NCBI GenBank assembly: GCA_010909165.1
Contig: VJWM01000007.1
Coordinates: 1 to 64,000, forward strand
DNA length: 64,000 bases
Direction of reading: 5' to 3'
Origin: Anthoceros angustus
Taxonomy: Eukaryota > Plantae > Anthocerotophyta
How positions within the stretch are numbered: the stretch's first letter is position 1; each line of letters begins with the position of its first letter. The position numbers and the translations under genes were made by a program. The notes beneath the pieces were generated by a model, which searched no databases, had not been told where the DNA came from, and saw only the letters and a program-made list of their open reading frames with translations. This document shows, piece after piece, positions 49,750 through 62,889 of the stretch.

Positions 49750-51340
49750 ATGTATGCAATGTGTGGCAGCCTAGAAGATGCCCACAAAGTGTCTTGACGG
49801 ACTTGGTAAAAAAGATGTGGTGTCTTGGAATGCCATGATCTGAGGATATCCCCAGCAAGGCATGGGTCAGGAAGCCCTTCATCTTTCCAGTGTCATGCAA
49901 GAAGATGGGATGGGTGTACTTGATTCCGCGACACTCCTGTGCCTCCTGCAGGCATGTGAAAGTGTGGGTAGCCCAGCACTGGAGAAGGGAAAGGAGATTC
50001 ATACACAAATCAGAAAATAGGAGAGGAAGCCGATGTGCGTTTAGCCAACGGTTTGTTGAACATGTATACTAACTGTGGGAGCTTGGAAGATGCTGAAAGA
50101 GTGTTTGACGGACTTGGTCAAAAAGATATCGCCACGTGGAATGCAATGATAGCACGGTTTTCCCATCACGGCATGAGCCAGGAAGCCCTTCGTCTACATA
50201 GTGCTATGCAAAAAGTGTCGAACGTCCTACTTCATTCCGTGAACTTTTTTCGCCTCTTGCAGGCGTGTGCAAGCGTGGGCACCCAAGCTCTGGAGAACGG
50301 GATGCAGCTCCATCAGCAAATTATAGATGAAGGGCTTCAAGGCCATGTTTTTGTAGCCAGCAGTTTGGTGAACATGTACACAGAATGTGGCAACTTATAG
50401 GATGCCGGGGGTGTGTTTGATGGACTTGGTGACAAAAATGTTGTGATATGGAGAGCCATGATAGCAGGATAGTCTCAGCAGGGCATGGGGCAAGAAGCTC
50501 TTGATCTTTACAGCACAATGCAACAAGATGGCATCGTTGCACCCAACTCTGTGACATTTGTGTGCCTCCGGCAGGCACATGCAAGTGTCGGCACCCTAGT
50601 CTTCGGAAAGGGGAAGGAACGTCATAATCAAATCAGAGAAGCTGGATATGAAGGGGATGTCTTTGTAGCCAACAGTTTGGTCAACATTTATGCAAAATGT
50701 GGCAGCCTGGAAGATGCTCACAGAGTGTTTGATGGGTTGTTGAAAAGGACGTGGTTGCGTGGAATGCCATGACTTCGGGGTACTCTCAGCAGGGCATGGG
50801 CCTGGAAGAAGTGGGAGACAGTGAAGAGGTCTTCCACCTGGTGCTCAGAATGATACAAGACGGCAAACATCCAGATGGCCAAATTTTCGCTGCTCTGCTG
50901 ACGGTGTGCAGTCGTACGCGGTTACTGAGTCAAGGGCTCGAGTACTTCGAGGCTATGGGCAGAAATTTCGGCATCACACCCACGGTGGCGCATTACCCAA
51001 GCATGGTGGACCTTATGTGCCGTGCAGGCCGACTGGATGAAGCACTAGCTTTGGTGAAAACAATGCCAGGAGTACCTGATCCTGCCCACTCTTGGGTGCG
51101 AGTCGGAAGTGGAACAACGTGGAGGTGGGACGCTATGCTTTTGAGCAAGCAGTGAAGCTAGACAAGCAAGATGCCTCAGCATATGTGTTGATGTGCAACT
51201 TACACACCGGTGTCCACATGTGAGAGCAGGCACAGGAGTTACAGGCAAGGAGAAAGGGATGAGGGCCTGGAAGCAGCCGGGTCAGAGCTGGTGAGCAGAC
51301 AGGGACGGACCTGTGCATAGCTTGAAATTCAGATTGGGAA
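49750..51340 (+). pseudogene. PLS-class PPR pseudogene with E-domain remnant
   Basis: Repeated NMY-x-KCGSLEDA-x-RVFDGL...W-x-AMI motifs, GITPTVAHYPSMVDLMCRAGRLDEA, E-region PG-x-SW; multiple stops and frameshifts; no DYW seen. Confidence 0.88.
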
Positions 51341-52159
51341 TGACAGCACCCCAAAAGTCAAGCATGGTGAAACAGTACTTCCAATGGCCTGTATCAATCG
51401 GCCACATGGCCTGCATCAATCGGTGCTGGATCGCGTGAGCTGGAGATGCTCCGCCGTGCGCCCAGCTGCAAGCGATTCTGTGGCATAGATCTGAAAGTAT
51501 CGGCTACGTGGTTGAGACACTCTGCACCTTGCACCTCTTGGGAATCGGTCTCCACAGTAGTAGTTGCCCCAACAAGAGCTCTGGGCGAAGGTCCTCGTTG
51601 GCACCAGAAGCCGCGTTTGGATCAGAAGCCGGACAGATAGGTTATCCTTCCCTCGGATCACGCACCCGTGGAAGATGCAAAAGGATGGGTGATTAGGATT
51701 CCTTGATCAGGCACTCGCGGGAGATGGAAAAGGATGGGTGAATAGGATTCCTTGTGGTACTCACAGCTGGATAGCCCGCTTGACTTATGCCTCTCGTCTT
51801 TTTCTCACCGCTATCTTTGAACTTTTCAGACCAACTGTGAATGCCTTGTGGGCGACTTTTAGCATGATCTCTTTGAGCGTTTTGACTGTTGCATTCTGCA
51901 GTTCTTACATGAACCGCCCTAGCAACATAAACCCGAATAGCAATACACTCTTGGATAATCTACCTTCATTAAAATAAACAGACCTGCAATCAAACTCCAT
52001 TTACATTTACAGATGCAGTTCAGAAGCACCGGTGGCCAACGGCATTGCGTGGATGCTATCCAAGCCAGATAAGCATGAGAGCATCCAGGCAAGATAGGCA
52101 TGAAATAACACAATCTGGAAGCCGCATGTTAGAAATGCGAATAATGGGTCTCTAACGCA

Positions 52160-53533
52160 TTAGGTGTCCATATCTGAGAACGACATCCGAGCAGATTGCA
52201 AAGTCTTCAACTGGTGATTTATGTGATCCGCTTTCATCTGCATTAGCTCACTAGGAGTTAGCAGACCTTGAAGACTCTTCATTTGTCCTTCAAAGAGAGT
52301 GTCTCCAGAGTCGGCAACCAACCTACCGAATATCTTGCGTCTCTTTGCTACTGGGACATCAGTATCATCTAACCCAGTAGCATATGTCCCAGTAGCATCA
52401 ACACGGCCAGCCAGAACATCCTCTATGAAACTTACAGCCATTTCTCTTGACATGAAAGCGTGGCCATAAATAGTGGCGTCGTCCAACCAAAACAGATGCC
52501 ACTCATCACAAAAATCTGTAAGAACCTGCAAGCATTCCAGAACCCAATCAATCTGAAACTCCCTAGACCTTGATGAACAATACAATATAGTTCAGACTAA
52601 ACCTCAAACTCACCGTAATTGGCTTTAATTCTGGGGAATGTAGTTTTGCCTGCTTGATGTGGGAATCTTGAATTTTCTTCTTGAGCTTCAATAGAACCTG
52701 CAACCCCAGCTCTGGTAGCCAATTCCTGATTGCTGAGCCATTAGCTACAAGGACATCAGTACTGAAGTTGCAACCAAGGGTCTCAAATCCATTCTAGTTC
52801 AATACTTGTGGATGCTGATTTGCTGCATCTACCCAGTCTATGTTAACGCTCCCAAGGCTGATGGTTTGCCTCAGATAGGGCATATATCTGTTAATGCACA
52901 ATATATAAATCACCTTGTGCATGAATTGTTAGCACAAGACTGAAGAAAAATGGAACTAACAACTGTCGCGAGCTCCTCAACAACACGGATAGCTAGCTTG
53001 CAACGCTTTGCACTGCAGTCCATGTGTCAATCTTCAAGCTGTTCATGCTGACGGCTTCCTTTGCCTTTTTCTTCTCTTGCATAGGATCAAAGAGAATGCT
53101 GCTTATGCAAAAAGGCTTCCTTTGCCTTTTTCTTGTCTTTCATAGGATCAAAGAGAGTTTGAAGCTCCTCTCCTTTCTTTCGGTTTCAAGACATCACCTG
53201 CATCAAGCAAAGAATATCTCAACTCTAATTATAGGTATATCTGCAATTCAAATACTATCAAGTCTATAAATATACCATTCTGTGATGCAGTAGACATGCT
53301 GTAGCAGAATGCAACTCCCCTGGACCGGGCAGCTTAGCCATTAGGGCCTTCCTTCTTTTCAAGAGGAACTCTTCTCTCTTCAAAGCCTCCCGCCAGACCT
53401 CCTTCAGATCAGCTTTTTGCTGCGGGTCTTGACCGGGGGCGTTGAGCCAGGGCTCCAGGGCAGCCTTCACCTCTGCATTTTGGGCCGCAATCTCCTTGTT
53501 TAGCTGCTCCCGGTCCCGAGCCAAAATACCCAT
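52160..53533 (-). pseudogene. Crinkler (CRN)-like gene with PD-(D/E)xK nuclease-fold C-terminus, disrupted
   Basis: Coiled-coil N-terminal exon (EQLNKEIAAQNAEVKAALE...ALKREEFLLKRRKAL); middle exon YMPYLRQTI...FSTDVLV...GLQVLLKLKKK...QA; last exon VLTDFCDEWHLFWLD...MAVSFIEDVL. In-frame TAG at 52794-52796. Confidence 0.68.
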
Positions 53534-54699
53534 CGCGTACGAGCAGCAAGTAGTCTCTTGTATTCCGGAAATGAATGGTCAGAAAGCATTGCTTGAAGCT
53601 GCTCTCCAGTAGCAAATCAGCAGCAAGCAGGGCAGAAGACATTCTTTTCAATCTGAGAGACAGCTTGAAGCCACACACACACTTGCAGAACAGTAATCAA
53701 CAGCTTGGTTTGGAAAAAATAAACATCACGCGACCTGAGCAATCAGACTTCAGAGAACATCTAGTTGACGTCCCAATGTGACTCCAAAATCCCTATGCCC
53801 AGGACTTTTTGCCCATCCTTGGCCCTAAGCCCAGGATTTTGTGCTCATCCTTGATTGCCTGCCACGGCTCCTCTTGCACCGGCAAAAACAAGTTTACAAA
53901 TCAGACACTGAACCGATACCTTGAAACAGCAATCAGGCAACTGCTCGCAAGGCAGATGCCAAGAGCCCAAGCTGTTCGTGTGAGTAAAATGGTGGCCGCT
54001 CAGGGCCATTGTGTGTTGTTCCAATCGGTTGTAGGTACATCCAGCAGCTGCCACGCAAAATTCAATCCGGACTTGCAGCTCTGACGATGACAAAGCCTAA
54101 GCACATGAATTTCAGATCTTCTGCGAAGCAAGGGAAAGAAGCATGTCCGTGAGCAATTCACGTACAGCCTGAGCGGATTTCTTCAATCCATGTTTTCCCA
54201 ATCCCATTCCCATTCCCGCTCGCTTAATCTACTTAGTCTGATCACCGGAGGACTCGGAGACGCTGAAGAAAAGATCGAACCAGCAAGGAATTGTACCTGG
54301 AGCTGTTAAACCCTCACAAAGGGTTTTGGAAGGGAATTTCACCGCGTGTCCTGCAAGCCATGGCTGTCTAGAGCATGATAATGGATCCACGGGAAGGACC
54401 AGAGGACACCTTGGGGGGACAGTGTTGGTGGAGCCGGCAAATTGGTGTTCCAGGAACAGCTCCCGCTCGCCTGGCGTCAAGGGACCGATCGTTGGCGAAC
54501 AAGGAGGCAGCAAGTGTCAGCACCTTTACAAGAAAGCAAGATCGTCAAGGAGGATGTCTGCCTGGGCAGGGACCTGTCGCCGGGGATCCTCGCTCGGAGC
54601 TACTGTTTTCTGTGAAAGGGCGATGAGGAATCTGACTGAAACCTGGAGGGCGATGCCAGGCCCGCGGGACACGAAAGGGACGTCACGGCTGAAACTGTG

Positions 54700-54845
54700 A
54701 GCGCGTAGCCATCTCACCGAGGCTGTGGAGGCTTTGGGAATTTTGGTTGGGACTGTTGCGATTACACATCTGTTTCTTTGTACTGTCCTGAATAAATGTG
54801 TGGTGAAGAAAGATTTTGCTCTGGGTCGGCGGGTCCATGCACTCA
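54700..54845 (+). pseudogene. N-terminal PLS-PPR remnant
   Basis: EAVEALG...LFLCTVLNKCVVKKDFALGRRVHAL resembles the first L-type motif of PLS PPRs. Confidence 0.5.
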
Positions 54846-55129
54846 AGGTTCCCACGGTATCTGTGCAACCATATCCTGCGAATGTACGTTTCCCATGCGG
54901 ACCACGGTGCCAGCCTGACACTACTCAAACAAGCTTCAATTGCAAAGATTGCTTCAATTGCAAAGATTGGATTCGAGCCTTGAAAACAACCACGTCAAAG
55001 TGTGAGCCGAGTCAATAGAGGGTGCTGAGCCTAGGAAGGTAACCTAGGCAAATGTCTATACGCCTTGTCCAAATGGCTTAGGCCAAATGGACATACATTA
55101 ATAAGAACGTGCATATTAAGCATCCTGCG

Positions 55130-55287
55130 GATCAGTACTTAGATGGGGTGCTTAAAGGGAGTGGCGCTTAGATCAGTACTTCGATGGGGTGCTTAAAGGG
55201 AGTGGCGCTTAGATCAGTACTTCGATGGGGTGCTTAAAGGGAGTGGCGCTTAGATCAGTACTTCGATGGGTTGCCTAAAGGGAGTGG
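55130..55287. repeat. 41-bp tandem repeat, ~3.8 copies
   Basis: gatcagtacttagatggggtgcttaaagggagtggcgctta at 55130, 55171, 55212 and 55253. Confidence 0.92.
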
Positions 55288-55452
55288 ATGCCCTTGGTGC
55301 ATGTAGCTTAGGCACACCATGGTACAAGTTGTTAAGTACCAAGTCCCATGACGAAAATCCGTCCTTAGTGGACTTCAATAAAATTCTTCTTCTTCTTCTT
55401 GTAAGTCATGACTAGAATAGCCTAGGGGGCTCGAGAGGAGTGAACGGTTAGC

Positions 55453-55940
55453 CTATGTTCTATACGGGTATAAGTTCACCGGGTCCAAATGGCTTAGGCC
55501 AAATGGACACACATTTATTAAGCATCATAAGCTTACCTATGTTCTTTACGCGTATAAGTTCACCGGGTCCCAATGGCTTAGGCCAAATGGACACACATTT
55601 ATTAAGCATCATAAGCTTACCTATGTTCTTTACGCGTATAAGTTCACCGGGTCCAAATGGCTTAGGCCAAATGGACACATTTATTAAGCATCATAAGCTT
55701 ACCTATGTTCTTTACGTATAAGTTCACCGGTCCAAATGGCTTAGGCCAAATGGACACATTTATTAAGCATCATAAGCTTACCTATGTTCTTTACGCGTAT
55801 AAGTTCACCGGGTCCAAATGGCTTAGGCCAAATGGACACACATTTATTAAGCATCATAAGCTTACCTATGTTCTTTACGCGTATAAGTTCACCGGTTCCA
55901 AATGGCTTAGGCCAAATGGACACACATTTATTAAGCATCA
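55453..55940. repeat. 84-bp minisatellite, ~6 copies
   Basis: Units start at 55457, 55541, 55625, 55707, 55786 and 55870; core ccgggtccaaatggcttaggccaaatggacacacatttattaagcatc. Confidence 0.95.
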
Positions 55941-56729
55941 TGTGCTTAGATCGGTACTTAGATGGTGACCCTAATCCAAATGGCTCAGGCCAAATGGACA
56001 CACATTTCTAAGAACGTCGTTATTAAGCATTCTACGCATAGATCGGTACTTAGATAGGGTCCCTAAAGAGAGTGGATATCCTTGGTGCACGGTACTTAGA
56101 TGGGGTCCTTTAGCCTAAAGGGAGTGGATAGCCATTCCCTAAAGGGAGTGGATACCCGTTATTAAGCATCTTGCGCTTAGATCGATACTTAGATGGCGTC
56201 CCTAAAGGGAGTGGATACCCTTTGTGCAAGTAGCTTGGGCACACCATGGTACAAGAATTTTCTTGTCCAAGTGGACTATAATATATTCTTCTTCTGCTTC
56301 TTCTTCTTCTTCTATAGCATAGTCTTAGAATCAGCATAAGTTTAATGTTATGAATGCAACATGATAAGCCCACATCTTTCCACATGGAGGTGCACTCATA
56401 AAAGGCACATGACAAGATGTGGGTAAAAGAAGCTTCAAGAAACTAAGGCTGAACTGTTGTAGCTCATATGGGGTCACGTAGCCGGCATTGAAAGGGGTTG
56501 CAAGACACGACGGATGTGTTCACCCTGGTGACCAAAGCACATGCTTTCATGTGGCCTTCCATACTTTGTGCCCATGTTAAGTACAGGCAAGACAAGCAAG
56601 CCATACAACTGTATTGTTGGATGCGAGGGCCAGGTGTAAAGCCAGATGGTCGTGTGTTTGTGTAGCTCTTCAGGCTAGTGGAAAGGGAGCAAATTTGAAA
56701 TCTGGGCAAAAGGTACATTGGCCACCCCG

Positions 56730-57470
56730 CATGATTCGTTTGTCTGTAACTGGGTGGTGGACAGTACGCAAAGAGTGACAGCTTGGAAGACGCTCACAAA
56801 GGGTTTGACGGTCCTGGGAAGAAAGATGTGGAGTCATGCATTGCTCTAATTACATGGTATTCCCAGCTAGGTATGGGCTAGGAAGCCCTTCGCTTGTACA
56901 AGGGGTATGCAAGAAGACAACATCTCTGTACTCAATTATGTGACTTTTGTGTGCCTCCTACAAGCATGTGCAAGTGTTGGGTGCCCCACCTCTTGAGCAT
57001 GGTAAACAGCTTCATACGCAGATAAAAGAGCAAGGATCCCAAGCTGACATATTTGTCACCAATAATTTGGTAAAAATGTATGCAAAGTGAGGCAGCCTAG
57101 AAGTTGCCCACAAAGGGTTTAATAGACTTGGTCAAAAAGATATGGTGACTTGGAATCCCATGATCTCAGGATATGCCCAACAAAGCATAAGATAGGAAGC
57201 CTTGGGATGGTTGTATCTGATTCCGTGACACTTGTGTGCCTCCTGTAGAAATGTGCAAGTGTGGATAGCCCAGCATTTGAAAAGGGGAAGCAGATTCATA
57301 CACAAATAAGAAAAAATCATATTCAGACACAAATCAAAAAAATCAGATTCATATGCGTTTAGCCAACGGTGAGAGGTAGCTAATATGCGTTTAGCCAATG
57401 GTTTGTTGAACATGTATACGCAACGTAGAAGGCAATTAGCACAACATGGCAAGAGTTAGGAAGCCATTAA
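56730..57470 (+). pseudogene. Degraded PLS-PPR repeats
   Basis: SLEDAHKGFDG, VTFVCLLQACASVG, ADIFVTNNLVKMYAK*GSLEVAHK and similar motifs with stops. Confidence 0.78.
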
Positions 57471-57599
57471 TCTATATTTATAGCTTGAAGTCCAATGTAT
57501 CCTTGAAAAACACACTTTGGAGTCCTTTGACAAGGGTTATTCATATTCAAGGTGCATTCAAATCAAAAATAGTGTTATACTTAATTATTGGATAAGGAA

Positions 57600-60500
57600 A
57601 AGAATGCCCAATTCTATTTTCACTATTTTAAGCTTTTTATTATTTCAAGGAAGTTTCATCGTTTATCACGAAGAATAATTATAATTTTAAAAGATACTAT
57701 TTTTATGCTCTTTTGATGCATGCGTTAACTTGTTTACCAACGAACACGTTGAATGAATGAACGATAACACCATACCCATAAAATCATTGTATTCACGGTA
57801 CATAACATATGCTATTATTAAATATGAAATTGGAACAAAATGGATGGGTTCACATATTGACATATATTCAATGGTAAAAAAAATATCTCAACAAGGAATT
57901 GTAGTAGAACCCATTTAGGTTTTCAAAGTAAATTTAAGCAATAATTTTTACTTACTACTGGAGTTATATATGAGTACATTCATTTTTCCTGTCATCTTCT
58001 CATTTGATTTGTTTGGACTAGTACGGAAGATGTTCATATTGAAGAACAAAGCACAGTATAATTGGATAATATTTTGGACAATTATATATTTGTATATGAT
58101 TTTATCTTCCACCTATTGTACCATTGCTTATGCATGTGAATCCATGTCAGAACAAAATGTGCTATATCGATTTGATCAAATATGTGGGTCCATTTCTAGT
58201 GTCGAGTTTGAGCAAAATATGTGTTGTTGGAGGGTGAATAATGTTATTCAAGAAAAGACTAACTATATTTGTGATTTATGTGCATCCTTTTATACACTGA
58301 GCAAAAAAATTTGTCCAGCTTTTTGTATAGGAAGGTAATTAATAGAGGGAAAATAATAACATCAAGTTAACTCATTGCATAAAATTATATACGCACTATT
58401 TATTCTTTCATCTCAGTAGCCTCTTATACAGCAATATGCCTTTCATAAGTATGATAGCAAAGACATTCATTTTTCGAGCACTATGAAGTTTTCTAAATGA
58501 GAAATTGCAGCTTTTATGATATGTAAGTTGTTCAACAAGAATGCAAATCATTGAGAAAATCTTACAAATTTACAAGAAGCTGCAGCTTTCGTACTTCATA
58601 TGTAGGTTCTTTAAAAGTAATGAAAAATATTTGAATACAAATTTATATATACTACACATTAGAAAGTTTGTGTACTAGGAGTAAAACTCACAATATATTT
58701 GTAGCCTCTACATGTACTACCTAAATCATTTTGTGTGTTTTTTCCTAATACATACATATAGATTAGCCTACATCCGATGAAAGAAAGATGTTTAAACTTG
58801 TTGATGCATGCAATCATTTTACAATAGTACATTGGGTGATGACTTTGTGACAAAATTTGGGATCTTTATGTCTTATCAAGCCTCAAGTGAGCATCCACGT
58901 TGGCTGAGATCTTCTCTAGCCGACGTAAAAAGGTTTCCTTCATGCCAATTAGCTCAACCACGAGGAGAGCAGATGCTCCAATCAATCACACTTTTGAACT
59001 CACTCGCATGCGAAAAAAAGAACAGATGCTCCAGCCAATCATGCTTTTAAACTCACTTGCTAGAGTCTTGCGTACCAAAAAAAGGGTTTCTTCCACAACG
59101 CCTTTGAACTCACTTGATAGAGTGTCGTGTGCCAAAAAATGGTTTCCTCCTCAGCGACAGCCAGCTCAACCACAAAGGAGAGCTCGTGTTTAAGTCCAAT
59201 CATGCTTTTAAACTCACTTGCTGAAGTCTTGCGTACCAAAAAAAAGGGTTTCTTCCACAACGCCTTTGAACTCACTTGATAGAGTGTCGTGCCAAGAAAT
59301 GTTTTCCTCCTCATCTTCTCATTTGATTTGTTTGGACTAGTACGGAAGATGTTCATATTGAAGAACAAAGCATGATAATTGGATAATATTTTGGACAATT
59401 ATATATTTGTATATGATTTTATCTTCCACCTATTGTACCATTGCTTATGCATGTGAATCCATGTCGAACAAAATGTGCTATATCGATTTGATCAAATATG
59501 TGGGTCCATTTCTAGTGTCGAGTTTGAGCAAAATATGTGTTGTTGGAGGGTGAATAATGTTATTCAAGAAAAGACTAACTATATTTGTGATTTATGTGCA
59601 TCCTTTTATACACTGAGCAAAAAAATTTGTCCAGCTTTTTGTATAGGAAGGTAATTAATAGAGGGAAAATAATAACATCAAGTTAACTCATTGCATAAAA
59701 TTATATACGCACTATTTATTCTTTCATCTCAGTAGCCTCTTATACAGCAATATGCCTTTCATAAGTATGATAGCAAAGACATTCATTTTTCGAGCACTAT
59801 GAAGTTTTCTAAATGAGAAATTGCAGTTTATGATATGTAAGTTGTTCAACAAGAATGCAAATCATTGAGAAAATCTTACAAATTTACAAGAAGCTGCAGC
59901 TTTCGTACTTCATATGTAGGTTCTTTAAAAGTAATGAAAAATATTTGAATACAAATTTATATATACTACACATTAGAAAGTTTGTGTACTAGGAGTAAAA
60001 CTCACAATATATTTGTAGCCTCTACATGTACTACCTAAATCATTTTGTGTGTTTTTTCCTAATACATACATATAGATTAGCCTACATCCGATGAAAGAAA
60101 GATGTTTAAACTTGTTGATGCATGCAATCATTTTACAATAGTACATTGGGTGATGACTTTGTGACAAAATTTGGGATCTTTATGTCTTATCAAGCCTCAA
60201 GTGAGCATCCACGTTGGCTGAGATCTTCTCTAGCGTCGACGTAAAAAAAAGGTTTCCTTCACAGTGCCAATTAGCTCAACCACGTAGGAGAGCAGATGCT
60301 CCAATCAATCACACTTTTGAACTCACTCGCATGCGAAAAAAAGAACAGATGCTCCAGCCAATCATGCTTTTAAACTCACTTGCTAGAGTCTTGCGTACCA
60401 AAAAAAGGGTTTCTTCCACAACGCCTTTGAACTCACTTGATAGAGTGTCGTGTGCCAAAAAATGGTTTCCTCCTCAGCGACAGCCAGCTCAACCACAAAG

Positions 60501-61640
60501 GAGAGCTCGTGTTTAAGTCCAATCATGCTTTTAAACTCACTTGCTGAAGTCTTGCGTACCAAAAAAAAGGGTTTCTTCCACAACGCCTTTGAACTCACTT
60601 GATAGAGTGTCGTGTGCCAAGAAATGTTTTCCTCCTCATCGGCAGCCAGCTCAACCACAAAGGAAAGCTCATGTTTAAGTCAGTCACGCTTTTGAACTCA
60701 CGTGATGGAGTCTCAGCTGCAAAGATCCTGGGCCGATAGTCCTTGGAAATATTCAAGATAAAAATATAAAATATTAATCTAGATAATATCTACAATTTTT
60801 ATAGAGTAAGAATAATGTAAAGAATTTTTTTAACTCAATGACAAACCATTTTAAAGGCTAATAAAGGATCATCCAATCGATGAAAAGAGTCACAAAAATA
60901 TATACTATAATAAAGTAGTATATTGATAATACTAGTATTGTGGGAAATGTGTAATAAGGCATGGTTGGTTATTATCAAATATTCCTTGCAATTCAGAAAC
61001 CAAGCGTCTTACTTTATTTAGTTTATGCGTATGCATCATGTTTAATCTTCAATTAATAAGCGGCACGTTGTACACGATAATCTAGTTGGTTTTCTTGTTG
61101 GTTTTTCATTGAATTTGAACTATGAATAAGAAACTCTACATAACCACTTATTACATACATCAGCGTGTTTAATAGCGGAATGTCATTGGTTTGCAAACAT
61201 ACAAGTGCTTTATGGTTATTAAAATCCTTATTTCAAGACTTTAGCTCTCTTTGTCCCGAGGTCAATATCACTATTATCCATAAATTAGCATGTAATCCCG
61301 ATGTAGACATAGATGTACCACCTCAATTGTACAACCTAGATGGTGAATTTTGTTGTGACTCAATGGACATCATTTTACGAGACCAAAATACAAATGTATT
61401 ATGTCATCTATGCAATATATTTCTGAATTCAGTAGAACTTCATAATTGTCAAAAAAATTGTGGAGTAGACTTTGCGTCACCAGTGCTGCATATGTGATCA
61501 TTGAAGTATGTCGAAATTTTTGTGCAGAAGACTATGCGCCACCAGTAGTGCATAGGTGTTCATCAATGTATGTATGATATGATTAGTGATTGTACAATAC
61601 TATAATAGCCTTCTACGTCCTTAGCTGAACCTTTTACTTT
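57600..61640 (-). mobile_element. Probable Helitron/PIF1-type helicase remnant, AT-rich and highly decayed
   Basis: Ordered degenerate motifs on the minus strand: GSA (~61630), TGGA..AQ..T..AAL (~61550-61470), IDDI (~61410), ILLKL..R and ISNGTIG (~58200-58110, duplicated at ~59500-59430). Confidence 0.45.
57992..60640. repeat. Near-identical 1.3-kb tandem duplication
   Basis: 57992-59310 is repeated at 59311-60640 with only scattered small indels; each copy ends in ~161-bp subrepeats (ccaatcatgcttttaaactcacttgc). Confidence 0.92.
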
Positions 61641-62889
61641 CCAAATTTATTGGACATACATTGAGAATTTTATTACTTAGCTCTAAATCTCATTAGTTCC
61701 AAAAAGCATATATTATTATAGGATCACCATGAACATGAATCCTTTGTATGTTGCTTATACGTTAAGCCAGCTCACTTATATGAAATGAAACTCATAAGAT
61801 ATCCCTTTGTCCTGTATAATAAAAATAATTAAATATGAAACTTGCTTTCAATGAAAATCCTATTACATAGAATGATAGATTAGGGTCTCATGTACATCCT
61901 TAATTAACAAACTCCCACAATAAGGCTATCATGAAACCCATATGATGATACCCCATACTAGGTCATTTTAGTTAGTGAGCCCAGGTCCTATGTACATCCT
62001 TAATTAACAAACTCTCACAATAAGGCCATCATGAAAGCCCCATCAATATCTTCATGACCCTCGTACTATGTCATCTTAGTTAGTGAACCCCACATTCGGG
62101 ACAATATATAGATTCATTGTTAGTGAGCCCCCACACAAACATGGAGATTCATTGTTAATGAGTCCTCATACTAACATTACCATGACAACGCACTAAACTA
62201 TCGCCATCTATATTCAATTCAACACTTAGATTACCTTAGTTAACAAACCAGCATACTAAGGTCAGCATGAAGCCCCCACACTAAGATCATCATAAAGATA
62301 GCCAAAATAAAATCACCATTAATACTCTCATTATTACGCGAAATATGACATTGAGATAAAGAGAAAAAGATTTCTTTATCGAACGACCTATATGATAGTG
62401 CTTTAGTGATTAGCCCCGTACTTCGTTGACAGGACTCCAACACGGGTAACTTAGGTGAGAACCAAATATCTTAACAACAATTAACAATAATTTATTTTAA
62501 GTCCACTAAGGACGGACATGCAGCCATGGGACTCAGTACTCCGAGCAACTTGTTCCATGGAGTAAACCAGGCTACTAGCACAAAAGGCATTCCTCTCTAG
62601 GTACCCCATCCAAATCTCACTTGTAGTGTAGGACGCTTAACTTTGACATTCTTAAGTGTGTGTCCATTTGGCTTAAGCCATTTGGACTAATGTCTAGGCT
62701 ATAATGGATAATGGATAACATAAATGATCAACATTGTTATACTAAATCTAGAGCAACGCACTCCCTCCTTCACAAGAGGCCATGCATCCTAACTACACAT
62801 TTCTTTCTCTATGAAAAATCTTCAATTCATATCTAACATAGATGCTAAACCCTACACCCTATACTCTGCTCAACGAGTTCCATACACTG

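Noticed and set aside
55453-55940. CRISPR array (also considered for 55130-55287 and 63456-63623)
   Set aside because: Whole units repeat head to tail with no unique spacers; eukaryotic context and no cas genes.
55455-56011. Repetitive ORFs (and those at 63270-63661)
   Set aside because: Translations of 84-bp and 28-bp DNA tandem repeats, open in several frames.
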